From contig MU058244.1 of the NCBI GenBank assembly GCA_013265495.1, positions 1-64,000 on the forward strand: a DNA stretch of 64,000 bases, written 5' to 3'. Of the stretch, positions 50,986-63,377 are shown one piece after another. Both the position numbers and the translations under genes were made by a program. Below the pieces are notes generated by a model, which saw only the letters and a program-made list of their open reading frames with translations, was not told the origin of the DNA and did not search any database. This DNA is from Vicugna vicugna. Taxonomy: Eukaryota. Positions within the stretch are counted from its first letter, which is position 1. Every line of letters begins with the position of its first letter.

Positions 50986-53439
50986 TGAACTCTAAACCCA
51001 CACAGAAACCCTTGCAAGGATCAGAGTGCCTGGAATGGCTGACTCGGGAGCCCCAGGAGCCTTAGACAGGGTGGGACACTGAGAATCAGAGGCAGAGGTG
51101 ACGGCAAGGATGCCGGAGCCCAGCCCCACTGCCCGCAACTCCTCCAAACTGCCCAAGTCAGAAGAGAGCTTATTTTGCTGTTAGGATTATCATTGTTTCC
51201 AAACACGCTCCAGTAGACTTCACACACTTCAGAAAGAAAAACCCAGGCGTCCATGGGAACCCCTGGGCTCCTGGTTCCTTTCTCTATAGACTAAATAAAC
51301 CACGACAGGAAAACGCCACGAATTTATATCATCCCAGTGTAGATTCTCCAAATTGGCCAGTGTTCACGGAGCTCCCCAACGAGTGCTGTCCTGTGGTGCC
51401 CGGCCCATCTGAAGGGGGCGAGGGCGGCCAGGACGTCCCATGATTACTGGCCGGTGGAGGTGGACCGCTGGTGCCCCTTGCCTGAGACTGTGGCCACACC
51501 CTGCGGTTTGGGTTTTGGATGCTCTGGGACCGAGGGCCGACTGGGAGGTGATGCTGGGGAGTGGGCCCTGCCCTCACGAGCCCCGTCCTGGGGGGGCCGG
51601 CGAGACAGCAGCCCCAGGCAGTGAGCCCAGTGCTCGGTGAAGAAGACAGCTCCAGATCACATTACCAGTAGCCCGCCGTTCAACAGACTCCGCCTTCCCT
51701 GGCTGGTCCCTGGCCGCCCCCGGGACAGCTCCCCAGAAGCTGGAACACAGAACCCACCTGGGGAGCGGCGGGGGTGCGTGTGGGGAGGCGGGCGGGCAGG
51801 GCGGGGCTGGGCTGCGCAGGACTAGCTGGACTCTGTCCTGCTCCCAACACCTGTGGGCCACACCCGCCCAGCCCCTGTCAGGGCCACAGCCGGGAGAGGG
51901 AGGTGGTAGAAGTGGCCCAAGCCCGAGGCTGGAGGGGCTGCCAGGGGAGCGGGCTCGAGAGGACAGAACGCCGCCCCAGGGGGCCCCCACCACAGGCAGA
52001 GTCGCCTCTTCCTGCAGGGAGGCCACCAGGGAGGCCCAGCGCTTCCTGAAGCCAGAACCCAGTGAAGAGCGAGGACTTGAGGGGAGGGGAGGGAGGTCCT
52101 CCACAGGGTTGATCCAGACCCCCGCCGCTGTGGGCCTCGGGCGGTGGGCCCTGCGCTGGGCCCTGGCTAAGGGGGCTGCTGAGAGGCACCTCTCCCCTTC
52201 AGGCCAGGAGGATTTGGGGGAGGTTCTTGAGGAAAATCCTCCCCGGACTGGGAAGGTGCCTCCGCCCTCCCCGCCCAGCCTCGCGGGTGACAGCGGGTCC
52301 CGCAGAGGCCCAGACCCTCTCCCAGGGGCCAGGCGGCTGCCTTGGCACAGCTGGGTAGGAGGTGATGGGTTGGCAGTGCGGGAGGGGGCAGAGGAGGAGG
52401 GACTGGGGACGGAGGGGGAGGGGGAGGCGGGGAAGAGAAAGTGCATTCCAGACGGGTGACACACAAGCTCTGCAGCGAGGGGGGAGCAGGCCGAGCTGCC
52501 CTCCTCAGGAAGGTCCCTGGGATCCAGCTCCCCCGAGAGGGAGATAAGACAGGGGCCGGGCTAGAAGGAAAACTCCTGGCCTGGGGAGCCCTGCTGCTGG
52601 CTGCTAGCCTTCAAGGCTCTGCCCCAGTGCCACCTCCTCCTAGAAGCCTTCTTAGATTCATCCTTGGATCCAGAGGAGTCCTTGGGGTGCCTGGGTTCAT
52701 TCTCCTGTCAGACACCGGCTGGCCGGCAACTTGGGGCTCCTCTCCAGCCCTCACACCTGCTGAGCAGCCAGGCAGGGCCTGGCTGGGGTGCCCACTCTCA
52801 CCGGCTGGCCTCAGGGGCCCCTCAGGACGCCCTGGCAGTGGTGTCCTCTGGGCCAGGCTGTGCTGTTCGGAGCACAAGGAGCACAGGGGGGTTTAGTGCC
52901 CGCACGACCAAGCTGGTTTCCCCCACACCCTTTGTCTCAGGCTGGAAGGCCGCCTCCTGCAGGTGGAGTGGCTGTCTGCCCACGGGTGGGTGGTGGGCAG
53001 GGCGGGTGTGTAGACCGCTCCCTCCTCAAACCCAGAGGTGGCGACGGGCGGCCAGGGGATCGGAGCTGGGTGGGCAGGTGTTCTGGGGCAAACCTCCATG
53101 CAAGTGAGAAGCCAGCCCCCCCTTGGGGTGCCTGCAGCCCAGCGATGGGGCTCTGAGGCCCAGCTGGCTGTGAGACGGGGCTGGGGAGATCCCCCTGCAG
53201 AATGGTCTGCGTGGACGGGGCCTGGCCACCCTTGAGGCGGGGTCTGCTCGCTGAGGTCGGGGGGAGGGGACAGAACGGGCCTGGACTCCAGAGTGTAAAA
53301 GGCCGCTGGGAGAGGAGCCGGCAGAGGTCAAGACGGGGCTTCCAGGGAGGGCCTGCCCTGGGAGCCCAGACCAGCTTGGCCTCTCCCAGGAGCACACGGG
53401 AGGGGGGTGTGCCCGCTTGTGCCAAGAGCTGTGGTCAGG

Positions 53440-53800
53440 ACAGCTGACCAATGCCTTAGCATCATGAGCCCCTGTGACCATGACAGCAGTGTTGACACAG
53501 GAGTGGACACCTAACCCTTTCTGGACGAGGACAGTTCTGAGAAAGACCTTCCTCAGCCTCTAGAGAAGGCAGTGGGAGAAGGCTGTTGCCATGTTGCCAT
53601 GTTTCCACCTGGCTGGGTGTGAACGAGGAAGCCCACGCTGGTTCTGGCAGCCATCTTGTCACCAGGAGGGACCAGCCAAAAGAAGCAGCACAGTGAAGGG
53701 GATTATGGCCCCTCGATCAGGCCCCTCCTGAAGCACGACCCCTGGCTTCCCAGGAAGACACCTCATGGCGCAGCCCCTTGGGCTGACTTTCCGCTCCCCG
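53440..53800 (+). mobile_element. MLT1I/J/K-type LTR fragment
   Basis: ctggcagccatcttgtcaccaggagggg and gatcaggcccctcctgaagc motifs. Confidence 0.55.
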
Positions 53801-55724
53801 AGCAGAACGCCCCGCTGCGGCTGCTGAGCCGCCAGCAGGCCGGGAAGCCTCTGGTCTGTGTGTTTGTCCGTCTCCACCTTTGAGGAGGTCAACCCCCTGC
53901 AGGCAGAAACCGTGTTATTCGTGGCGGTGACTCCTGGGCTGGCAGGAGGCTCTTCCGTAGCACACGGCAGGTGCACTGTGAGTGTCTGCTGCGGATGAGC
54001 GCGTCTCAGGGCGCTGTCAGAGCTGGAGGGAGAGACGGACACTGTCGCTCACAAACACACCTGGAATTCCACACCAGCAGATCCAGGCTACACCAGCGCT
54101 TGGGTTTGGGGTGCGGGGTGGTGTTATCTGGGATTTCTCTGGGTGGGGAGTGTGCCGTCATCTCGGCTGTGCTTAGGGCTCTGAGAGGCTGAGCTCAGTA
54201 TGGTCCAGGGTAAACAGGAGCTGGTGGCAGGGGTGCGGAGGGACCCCGCGGGGCTGCCCGCTGTCCCACAACCCAAAGGTGTGGCCACACTATGCCCAGG
54301 GCTCCTGTTGCAGGGCGTCAGGGCACAGGGGTGAGGGTGCTCTGTGCTGTTTACCGAGCACCTGCTGTATGCCAGGCATAGCGTCTACACAGACACCACC
54401 CTGTGCCTCCCCCTCTGGCACCAGCAACAGAACACTAGCCGCGTTCGGCCACAGCCCAGCTCTGTGCTGACCGCTTCCTAGGCATGCCTCCTGGCCTGCT
54501 GGCCTCAGGGGAGCCGAATTCCGCTGCTCCACCGCTCCCCAGGGCCAGTCAGTGTGTGGAAGTCTCTTTTACAAGATAGTCTTTTGCCCCAGACCTCACC
54601 TGGTCCTGGAAGGCCCGGGTGGGAGATTCAGCCTGCCCCTCCCCGGAACCTGCCCCAGGGGTAACCAGCCCAGGCCAGTCCGGTCTCTCCCACAGATGCC
54701 AGCCCGCCAGGCCACGGGCACAGCCAGGAGGGCTTCCTGGAGGAGGAGGGCCAGGGAGGCTCAGAGAGAGCCCGAGGCCCAGAGCCGCTGCCTGCCCCCA
54801 GGCCAGAGCCACAGCTTCTGGTGCCCAGTCGTCTCTTTTCAAACAGAAGCGACCGAGTTTCTTAGACGAGGACCGTCAGCGCATCACGGACCCGGACACT
54901 GGGTGAGAAAGGCGTGGACAAGCAGCCCTCCCCCGCCCACGGACACCGAGGAGACCGTGGTGAGTGCTGGACGCATCACCGCGTCAAGGGGGCTTCCACA
55001 CGGCCAGAGACCGTCCTCACAGGTTCCACCCAGAGGGGAGGGGTCAGGAAGGCACGGTCTGGCCACACCGGGGGTTCAGGTTGTTCCCCACCTTTGCTGT
55101 TTCAGGTTGTGCTGCTCTGTGGCCTGCAGTCTGTGGCGGGTCTGCGTCCGGGTCACTGTCCTGGGCTAGGTGCCTGGACGTGGGACGCCAGGGTCAGGGG
55201 CCACGGCCACTCTCATGGATCCTGATCCAAATTGCCGCCAGCTCTGACCGCCACCCTCTGGGAGCTCCCGCGGGCCCTCCTCCCATGGCGTCCTCCCCTC
55301 ACAGGGCACGGCGCCTGGGGAGTCTGCTTTGTTCGCTGCTGGTGAAGTGCCTCTGAGCGTCTGTCCCCATGTGGGTCGCTTTCGTGCACCACGGTTTTCT
55401 GGCGGGAGAGCATGAGCAAAGACACAAGTAGATACCGTATTTGAGAGATTTGACTAATTCACTTACTCTGTGCAGATAAAGGACACAGGGACACTAGAGA
55501 CACAGCAGATAACCGAGGGCTCCCTGTGCTCAGGTTTTACCATTTTTACACATTTTAAACATCCATACTGTCACATCTGACGGGCTTTTGTTTTGATTAA
55601 AAATGTGAAATACACAACTGTGATTTGTCCTGTCTTCTAGAGCTCTGAGTGTTCTCTGCCTTCGCGGAGGTGGATCAACTGCGGGAAAGCGAGAAAGTCG
55701 GGATCAGCATGTTCTCATAGCTTT

Positions 55725-56220
55725 TCTTTTGAAAAATTCCAGTCTTACAGAAAAGTTGCAGGAAGAGTACAGTGAACCGCCGGGTACCCCTCACCTCAGT
55801 TCAGTTTCCCCATCTGTGATCTACCATCCACCTGTCACCTGTCATCCATCTTTCCTGTTGATGGTCTATCTGCATCTGTATGTCTGTTTTGTCTGTGCAG
55901 GTAAATATCTTCCATCTATGTATGTATGTATGTATGTATGTATGTATGCATCTGTCATCCACCCACCCATCCACCCGTCCGTCCACCCACATATCCATCT
56001 ATCCATCCACCCACCCATCCACCCGTCCATCCACCCGTCCATCCACCTATCATCTATTTCCCTAGCACTCACACCTCCCCCTACCCCAGCCACGTGTAAA
56101 CCAGCTGCAGCTGTTGTGACTCTTCATCCCAGGGACCACAGGGTCTCCCAAGGACACAGAAGCCCTCCTGCATCACCGTAACCTCATCACCACGCCCAGG
56201 AATTTTCCTTGGACACAGTG
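55725..56220 (-). mobile_element. L1ME/MD-type 3' fragment containing a microsatellite block
   Basis: ttccagtcttacagaaaagttgcaggaagagtacagtgaacc...ccaaggacacagaagccctcctgcatcaccgtaacctcatcaccac. Confidence 0.6.
55917..56055. repeat. (TATG)8 followed by degenerate (CCAT/CCAC/CCGT)n
   Basis: Direct sequence. Confidence 0.93.
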
Positions 56221-57349
56221 ACCGAGCCCTTCTCCCGCGGTCCCAGAGCTCCCAGAGCTCCCAGACGGGAGGAGCCGGCCCAGGGCTGCCGCTGCGCTGG
56301 CCGTGCTGCCTCTTCCATCCCCTTCAGTCCAGGCGCCCCTCCCCACCCCCATGCTCTCTTCGTTTCACGACAGTGAAGGCTCAGGAGCAGGCCTTTGGTG
56401 GACTCTCTCAACTCGGGTGTGTCCCCCTCGAGACTAGACCGAGACTGCAGGGCTCCAGCGAGAAGCTGCAGGTGAGGCGCATCCCCTCCCGCCTCACTCC
56501 AGGACTCTCAGGGGAGCTTGCTCTGAAACCTTCGCTAAACAGCTTAACTTCTTAACCCACTGAGATGTGTGCAGTTGAGTCCAGGGTAAGTGAGGCCTCA
56601 ATCCGGTTGTTTTCCTAAACTGTCCCAGTGCATTTACTCAACAGCCCTTTCCAGTCCTTCCAGTCCCTCCTCTAGGATGGCCCTTTCCGACCCTGTGTGC
56701 TCCAGCATGCTTGTCACCAGTGCCACACTGCTCTGATTACTGTAGCTCGAGAGGTTTCGTCTTCCTCCCCACACCCACGCTGCTGCTCTTCGTTCTAGAA
56801 GTTTCTGTGCACTCCTCAAGCACTTTTAGCCCCAGTCCAGCCTCTACAGGCCACTCTGGCTCCCTTCTCCCCCGGTGAGCTGAGGTCACCCCTGTGCTGA
56901 CCCCTCAGCTCTGGTCTGACCTGCGGTCCTGCTCCAAGGCTTGCTGGCCTCCCTAGCGTAGAAGTCCCCTTCTCTGGAGGACATGCTGTTACTTTTCCTT
57001 CTGGAGGCTTGGAGAGCCAGCCTGGCATGTCCCCAGACAACCTCAGGAGCTCCAGGCTCCAACCTCTGCCTGGGGGTGCGAGTCCCGTCAACACTCGATG
57101 GCTAATGGGGACTGGAAGCCCCTCCCACCCCATCCACCACCCCTGAGAGGGGCAGGGCCCCAGGCAGCCCCAGGCAAAGAGGTGTGGGTTGGCTCTGGGT
57201 TCAAATCAGCTGACCAGCTAGACGTGAATCCTTGGAATCCATGATGCAGAAACTTGGCCATGAGTCCTGAAGGCCCTGAGAGGCAAGGGAGGGGGAGAGG
57301 CGGACTGGCTGCTCTGGCCTGGCAGGCTGGCTGTCAGGGGGCTGCTGTC

Positions 57350-57800
57350 AAAGTTTCTGTTTACGCCACTGTATGCAGTATCCCCGCCCCAAGCCCTGCA
57401 GTGGCTTCCGTCCCCTTAGAACAAATCCTTCAGTTAGTCTTACAGACTCTGACATGCCCCACTGCCTGCCTCTCCCAGCCCCTGTCCTCCCACCAGCCCC
57501 GCCTTCTCGCTCCTTGAACAAGCCAAGCTGGTTCCTGCCTCAGGGCCTTTGCATGTGCTGCTGTTGGTTCCCTCTGCCTAGAAAGCTCTGTCTAGATCTT
57601 CTCAGGATCTGCTCCTTTTCCAATAAACAGGCCTTCATGACCTCCCCCGGTTCCTGAGCTGGAACAGTGTTACTGACTTGTCACTTGTTTATGTCCCCTG
57701 GAGAGGCTGTGGGCCCCACGAGGGCACCGTTGCACTGCTATGTCCCGGTGCTTTGCCCAGCGCCTGATGCAGAACTATCTGTTGCATGAGCGAGTGAAAA
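57350..57800 (+). mobile_element. L2 3' fragment
   Basis: cctgcagtggcttcc...cctgcctcagggcctttgcatgtgctg...ccctctgcctagaaagctct. Confidence 0.75.
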
Positions 57801-57819
57801 TTTCCACAGGCAGCCCTCT

Positions 57820-57905
57820 GAACTGGCTGTTACCAGAGGAGGAAGTTGAGGTTCCAAGATGCAGATGAAAGAGTTTGCTCCAGGTCACACAGCAGATGAG
57901 GCAAT
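57820..57905 (-). mobile_element. MIR fragment
   Basis: gaggaggaagttgaggttcc...tttgctccaggtcacacagc. Confidence 0.55.
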
Positions 57906-58022
57906 GGGGGTGGGGGGCTGACCCCTCTGAGGCTTCCAGGGCTGTGCTGTGTTCTGAGCCCCCCAACACTCACACCCATCTGGATGCTCTGCTGAGTAGA
58001 TACGAAGTCCAGGTGTCTGGAC

Positions 58023-58339
58023 CAGCCTCGTCCAGGAGAAATGTTATTTAAGCCACATATGGAATTTACAATTTCCTAATAGCCACATTAAACAAAAGTA
58101 AAAACAAATGAGTGAAATTGATTGTCATCACAGTTTATTGAGCTCAATATATCAAATATTCTCATTTCAACAGATAATTAACATAAAATTACGAATGAGA
58201 AATTGCACACTCTACTTTCATACCAAGTCCTGTAGGCTGTGTGTGTTTTACACGTACAGCACATCATAACTCAGACCAGCTACGTCTCAAATGCCCAATG
58301 GCCATGCGTGGCTGGTAGCTCCTATACCGGACAGTCCAG
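58023..58339 (+). mobile_element. MER33 (hAT-Charlie non-autonomous DNA transposon), near full length
   Basis: cagcctcgtccaggagaaat...agccacatatggaattt...cctaatagccacattaaa...ttttacacgtacagcacatc...gtggctggtagctcctataccggacagtccag, about 317 bp. Confidence 0.85.
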
Positions 58340-58944
58340 GTCTGAAGCCCCCAGGTGCCTCTTCACATAGGTCTTCATTCACAAAATGGTTATGGGCTTA
58401 AATGCTAGCAAAACCTTCACTGCTGTCTGTGTATTTTAAAAAGAAAAATATTCACTAGGGAGTTAAAGAGGACACTGAGAAGGCCCTCCCGGGCTGCAGG
58501 CAGGCTTACCCTCTTCCTGGGGGGCCTGAACTGGAAAGGCCTGCTGGAGCCTGGGGCCTGGGGCCGCCTGAGATCATGACTTAATTAACGCCTGCGTGCC
58601 GGCAGCTTTGATCTTCAAGCAGTGGTGCCCACTCAGCTGAGGCTGCTCCCAGATTAACTGCCCTGAAGCAAGAAAGCCTTGCCCAGAGATAAAGGGAATG
58701 TGGTGTTTCGTCATTACAAATTGTTCTGAAATCCACTCTGGCACCGGGCAGAGGCCTGGGTTTGGAGGCCCAGATGGCCCCCACCTGCAGGACCCAGAAG
58801 CAGGCAGCTGGGCAGCCGTGCCCTTGCCGTGGGGCACCAGGTGCTGCAGGTGTGTGTGTACACGTACGTGTGTGCGCGTGTGTGTGCGCATGTGTGTGAG
58901 CTGCTGCCCTCCTGGGCGGGAGGCTCAGGGCCGGGGAACAGCTG

Positions 58945-59030
58945 TGCAGGGTAACGTTACTGGTCCCCATTTTCCAGATAAGAGAACAGACTCAGAGCAG
59001 TCTAGGGACAAACCACCCCACAAGGCCAAG
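58945..59030 (-). mobile_element. MIR fragment
   Basis: ccccattttccagataagagaacagactcagagc. Confidence 0.6.
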
Positions 59031-62000
59031 GTCAAGGGCAGAGGGCAGCCAGGGCACCTCAGGCTGGGGGGTCAGGTGGGCGTGGGCTCTGGTCCCAGTG
59101 CCTTACTGCCAGGGCTCCTTCATCCCTGTCCAAGACCTTCAGGATAAAGGAGCCTGTGTGGCCGCTCTGGGGACTGATGCACTCACACAGGGGAGCCAGT
59201 GGCAGCCGACTGCCTGGGGCTGCACTCTGGGGCTGCGGGCAGACGCCTGGCATTCTGGTCTCTGTAAAATGGGACGTGGGACAGCTCTCTACTCCTAGGG
59301 GTCACTCAGGGCTGGAGGTGCCCAGTGCATGTGAGCCATGACTCTCCTGAAAAGATGACAGCAATAATGGAACATGGACCTGTGCAGGCCCTGGGCCTGC
59401 CCTGCAGACAGCAGACGGGATGGGGTGAGGTGGGCTTTGGGGCAAAAGGCTGGCTGCACACAAGAGCTGGGCTAGGGGACAGGTCCTTAATCAAAGCTCC
59501 CTACCCCACCCCAGCCCTCCACCTTGCTCTGAGGAGCGGCCAAGGTCTTTCAGGAGCTCCTCCCTGGATGGGTGGGTAGATGGGGGCGGCATGGGCGTTG
59601 CCAGAGGGAACCAGCGAGAGGCAGGCCCCCTGCCAGTCACCCCAGCTGCGTAGCGGCCCTTCTCCGCGCCTATTTGGAGCACCTGACTCACCTTAATTAT
59701 GGGCCCTTAGGCACGTCGGGGCGTGCCGGGACGCCAGAGATAGCCCGGAAACACAGGCTCCGGGGGCGAGCGGACATCCCGGGCTGCCAGGTGCAGCTTC
59801 GCCTCCCACCAGCACCTCCCCACCCTGGAGGTCCCCGCAGCGCCCCCTTCTTCCGCCAGAGGCCCTCTGTCTGGCCTGTAAGCCCCGCAGCAGCCTCCCT
59901 GGCCTGAGGTGGGAATTGTCCTGGGGCGGCGGCGCGGGGCGGGGAGCCGGTCAGGGGTCCGCGACCTGCCTCCAGGCCTGGGCCGGGATGCCCCGCAGAG
60001 TCTGGAACGCCGCGCCCACGCGCTAGGCAAGGCCGCCCACGCCTCCAACTACAATGTATATTTAGCCTCTTTATCAAATGTTTGCCGTGAACCGTGTGAA
60101 CCGCCTAATAGCGGCTGGAAGTGAAATCCGATTCCCGGGCAGAAAGAAGCATGTGACAAGGCCTGAGCGGCAAGGATCTCCGCGAGCGCGCTGGGCAGGT
60201 GCTGGGGCCCCGACGCGCCTGGCCTCGGTACTCACGGTCTCCTCTTCCTGCCTCCTCGCTCCCCCCACCCCAGCATCAGAAACCGCCTCCTCACTCAGCC
60301 CCTTCTCCAGAGAAGAGGACGCCTGGAGTCTGCAAGGGGGCGGGGTGTCGGGGAGAGGAGCCAGGGCCGGAGAGGGAGTCCTCGCGGGTGTGGGTTCCCA
60401 TCCGAGTTGGTGACCTCTTGGTCACGTCAGTCCAAGGTCGTAGGAACAGCTTCTAGGGATCTATTTCTGCCAGTTTCTTTCCAGGATGTGGAGAGGGTGG
60501 GGCGTGCTGGTTGGGGGTCCCTGTCCCACCGCAGGGCGGGCCTTGGTTCCGAAAGCACCTCTTGCCCCGAGTCTCCCCCAAAGGCGGTGTCGGGCGGCTG
60601 CACAAGTTTGTGCCACCCTCGCGCGGCCGCTGTTGTCGTGGTCGCTATGACGACGCCCCACGGTTTTATTTTTAATAGCGGCCAGCGATTAGAGGGATGC
60701 CTGCGCCCCCGCCCCCCGCAGATCCCCAGTCCCGGCTGGGGGTGCACCCAGGCCTCCCTGCTCCTCGCCTCGCTCTGGCCTGAGACGCCCACAGAAGACG
60801 TCCCCTTCTGCACCCCCAGATCTCTTCCATCCGTCCCAGACTCCAACTGGGAGACCCTGAAGTGCCAAACCGGGAAGGGGCACAGAGGGGATCACTCATC
60901 GAGGTTTGCTCTGAGGTGGCGGGACCCCCAGGAACCGGCTAGCCTTGTGCAGACGTTGGAGCAGGAGGGGCCCTTAACTGCAACCCCATACAAGGTGACC
61001 TTTCCCCCTTCATTCCCACATATACTATTAAACCGAGTCTTTAAACCCCAAATAAGTGTCCTCGGGTCCCTTCACCTCTCCGCCCGAGAAGAATCCGAGG
61101 CTCAACCAGACGTGAAGCTGTCAGCTCCCGGGTCCAGTAGGCCACGGAGGGCTCGGCAGTGCACTTTTGGCTGCCTGCCGGAAACCGTCCAGTGGTCTCC
61201 CTCCGCAAAGCAGTGGAAGGTTCCACCTGGTAGGACAAGGCTCTCAAGTGTTTTTAAACGTTCCCCAAATTTCCCTGGTTCTTTCTCATGCCTCCTTCAT
61301 CCTGACCACCCGAGAGCCCGCTTGAAGACGGGTGGGTCGCTGGTGGGGCTACGGCGGGGAGGCAGGTGCCTTGAGGGGGCTGCCTTGCAGGTATGTGGAG
61401 GCATGTGGAAGGGAGCTTGTAGCCCCGGCCGCTGAGAATCGCAGAGGGGCTCGCCCCTCCCCCCAGTTATTTGGGGGAAGGCAAGTGCCCCTGAAGCGCC
61501 CACTGGACTCAGCCTTTGAAATGCCAGCGTCGGCCAAGCCCAGGATGAAAGACCGCCCGCGGGGTTGCGCCTTTACTGCCTTTGTCTGGCCGGAGTGCGG
61601 CCGCGGCGGGGGCAAGGGATTATCCATAGGATGGGGACAAGCGGGTGGAGGGCTGGGTCGGGCGGAATTCTCTTTCCGCCGCCCACCCACCCACTCGGGC
61701 GCTTCCTAGCCTCCAAGGGCCTCGCTGTCTAGCTTTGGGGTCGCACGGCCCGTCGCCCCTCTAGCACTGCTACCAGGATTCGTCGGCCCCCTCGAGGGAC
61801 CCGCCGCTGGGGTCTGATCCCACCTAGTCTAGGCGAAAGGAACCTAACCAGCCCGGCGCACCGCCATTTGGTGCCGGGGAAGCCGTCCAGACGCGCTCAG
61901 GCCTCAGCCTCCAGCGCGTCGCTCCCCCGCATCGCGCTCTGTGCCGCGCCGCGGCCGGAGGTGGCGCTCTGTGCGCCCAGCGGATCCGGCGCGGGAGGCT

Positions 62001-62321
62001 CAGACTCCCCGGTTCCTCACGAGCAGCTACTTTCCCTTTCTTCCCTTCCACCCCCTCGAGTTCCCAGCTCAGGTCGTGGCCCGGCCCTTCCACGAGGGAG
62101 TGGGGACTTGGAGGACTCGGGCTCCCAGGGCGGGGACGAGGCACGCTGCAGCCCCCCTCCTCCGACCTGGGCGCTCTCCCATCCCGGAATGTGGGTGGAG
62201 GTTCTTCATTCAGACGCCCCAGGCATTGGATTCTGGGCGGGGGCGCGTGGCAGCCGCCAGGTGAGTGCCCCAGACGCGCCCCTAAACCCGCCCCGCCTCT
62301 CACCAGAGACTCACTCCCCCT

Positions 62322-62331
62322 CCTTTTATGG
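62322..62331 (+). promoter_or_regulatory. PDGFA: CArG box / serum response element CCTTTTATGG
   Basis: Exact CC(A/T)6GG about 0.5 kb upstream of the inferred TSS. Matches the recalled PDGFA promoter SRE. Confidence 0.8.
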
Positions 62332-62770
62332 AATGGGGGAGGCAGAGGCCCAGGATCCAAACCGTGGAAAGAGGCTGGAGCGCCTAGGCGAGGGGCGGGA
62401 GGCGGGGGCCGGCTTGCTTTTGCCCTTTTTGGCGTAGCAGCTCTGGGCGCTGCCCTCTGCTGCCGCTGGGGCCCGAGAGAGGCGAGCCGGCGACGGCGGC
62501 GCTTCTGCAGCGGCCTCCTCCCCTCCCCGTCCGGTGCTGCAGGATTGCAGCTGGCACTGGAGGGTGGGCAAGCTCGAGGGAGGGGCGCGCGGGGAGCCTC
62601 GGCGGGCGAGCGAAGCCCTGGTGGCTGTGCTCGGAGCCGGGCGCGGGGCCTTGATGGATTTTACTGCCTGCGTGAGCGCGTGTGTGTGCTCACTGCGGCG
62701 GCGGCGGCGGCGGCCGGGCCCTGCCCGGTCCGTGCAGCCCCCGCGCGCTTCCGAGGTGCGGGTCCCGGGC

Positions 62771-62803
62771 CCGGAATCCGGGGGAGGCGAGGGGGAGGGG
62801 GCG
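62771..62803 (+). promoter_or_regulatory. PDGFA: 5' part of the G-rich nuclease-hypersensitive element (Sp1/Egr-1/WT1 sites, G-quadruplex), cut by a gap
   Basis: ccggaatccgggggaggcgagggggagggggcg resembles the recalled human PDGFA proximal G-tract. Confidence 0.75.
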
Positions 62804-62944
62804 NNNNNNNNNNNNNNNNNNNNNNNNNNNNNNNNNNNNNNNNNNNNNNNNNNNNNNNNNNNNNNNNNNNNNNNNNNNNNNNNNNNNNNNNNNNNNNNNN
62901 NNNNNNNNNNNNNNNNNNNNNNNNNNNNNNNNNNNNNNNNNNNN
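62804..62944. other. Assembly gap (141 N), probably containing the PDGFA TATA box and TSS
   Basis: N run; content inferred from the flanks. Confidence 0.9.
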
Positions 62945-63147
62945 GGAGCCGAGGGCGCGCCGCGGAGGGGCGCACGCAGGCCGCCGGGCCGCGCCGTGCT
63001 GGGCCGCGCCGTGCCCTGTCGGGCGGCGGCGGCGGCAAAAGGAGGCCGGAGGCGAGCTCGGGGCCCGCGGTGGGCGCGCAGGGCCGCCCGCAGCCCGCAG
63101 GGAGAGCGCGAGCCCGTGCCGGGCCTGGCCGGGCGTCCAGACAGGTG

Positions 63148-63246
63148 ATGGGGTGGTGCGGCGACAGCGTCTCAAGCCTCGCTCCGGGGTCCCTTTCGGG
63201 GCTGATGCCCGCAAATATGCAGAATTACCGGCCGGGTCGCTCCTAN
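63148..63246 (+). other. Upstream ORF with three in-frame ATGs (63148, 63205, 63217): MGWCGDSVSSLAPGSLSGLMPANMQNYRPGRS, then TAn at the gap edge
   Basis: ATG spacings of 57 and 12 nt keep one frame. The last codon TA(N) may be a stop. Confidence 0.7.
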
Positions 63247-63377
63247 NNNNNNNNNNNNNNNNNNNNNNNNNNNNNNNNNNNNNNNNNNNNNNNNNNNNNN
63301 NNNNNNNNNNNNNNNNNNNNNNNNNNNNNNNNNNNNNNNNNNNNNNNNNNNNNNNNNNNNNNNNNNNNNNNNNNNNN
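63246..63377. other. Assembly gap (132 N) in the PDGFA 5' UTR
   Basis: N run. Confidence 0.95.

Noticed and set aside
60407-61435. 342-aa plus-strand ORF upstream of PDGFA
   Set aside because: GTG start, low-complexity composition and no recognisable homology; lies at the CpG-island edge.
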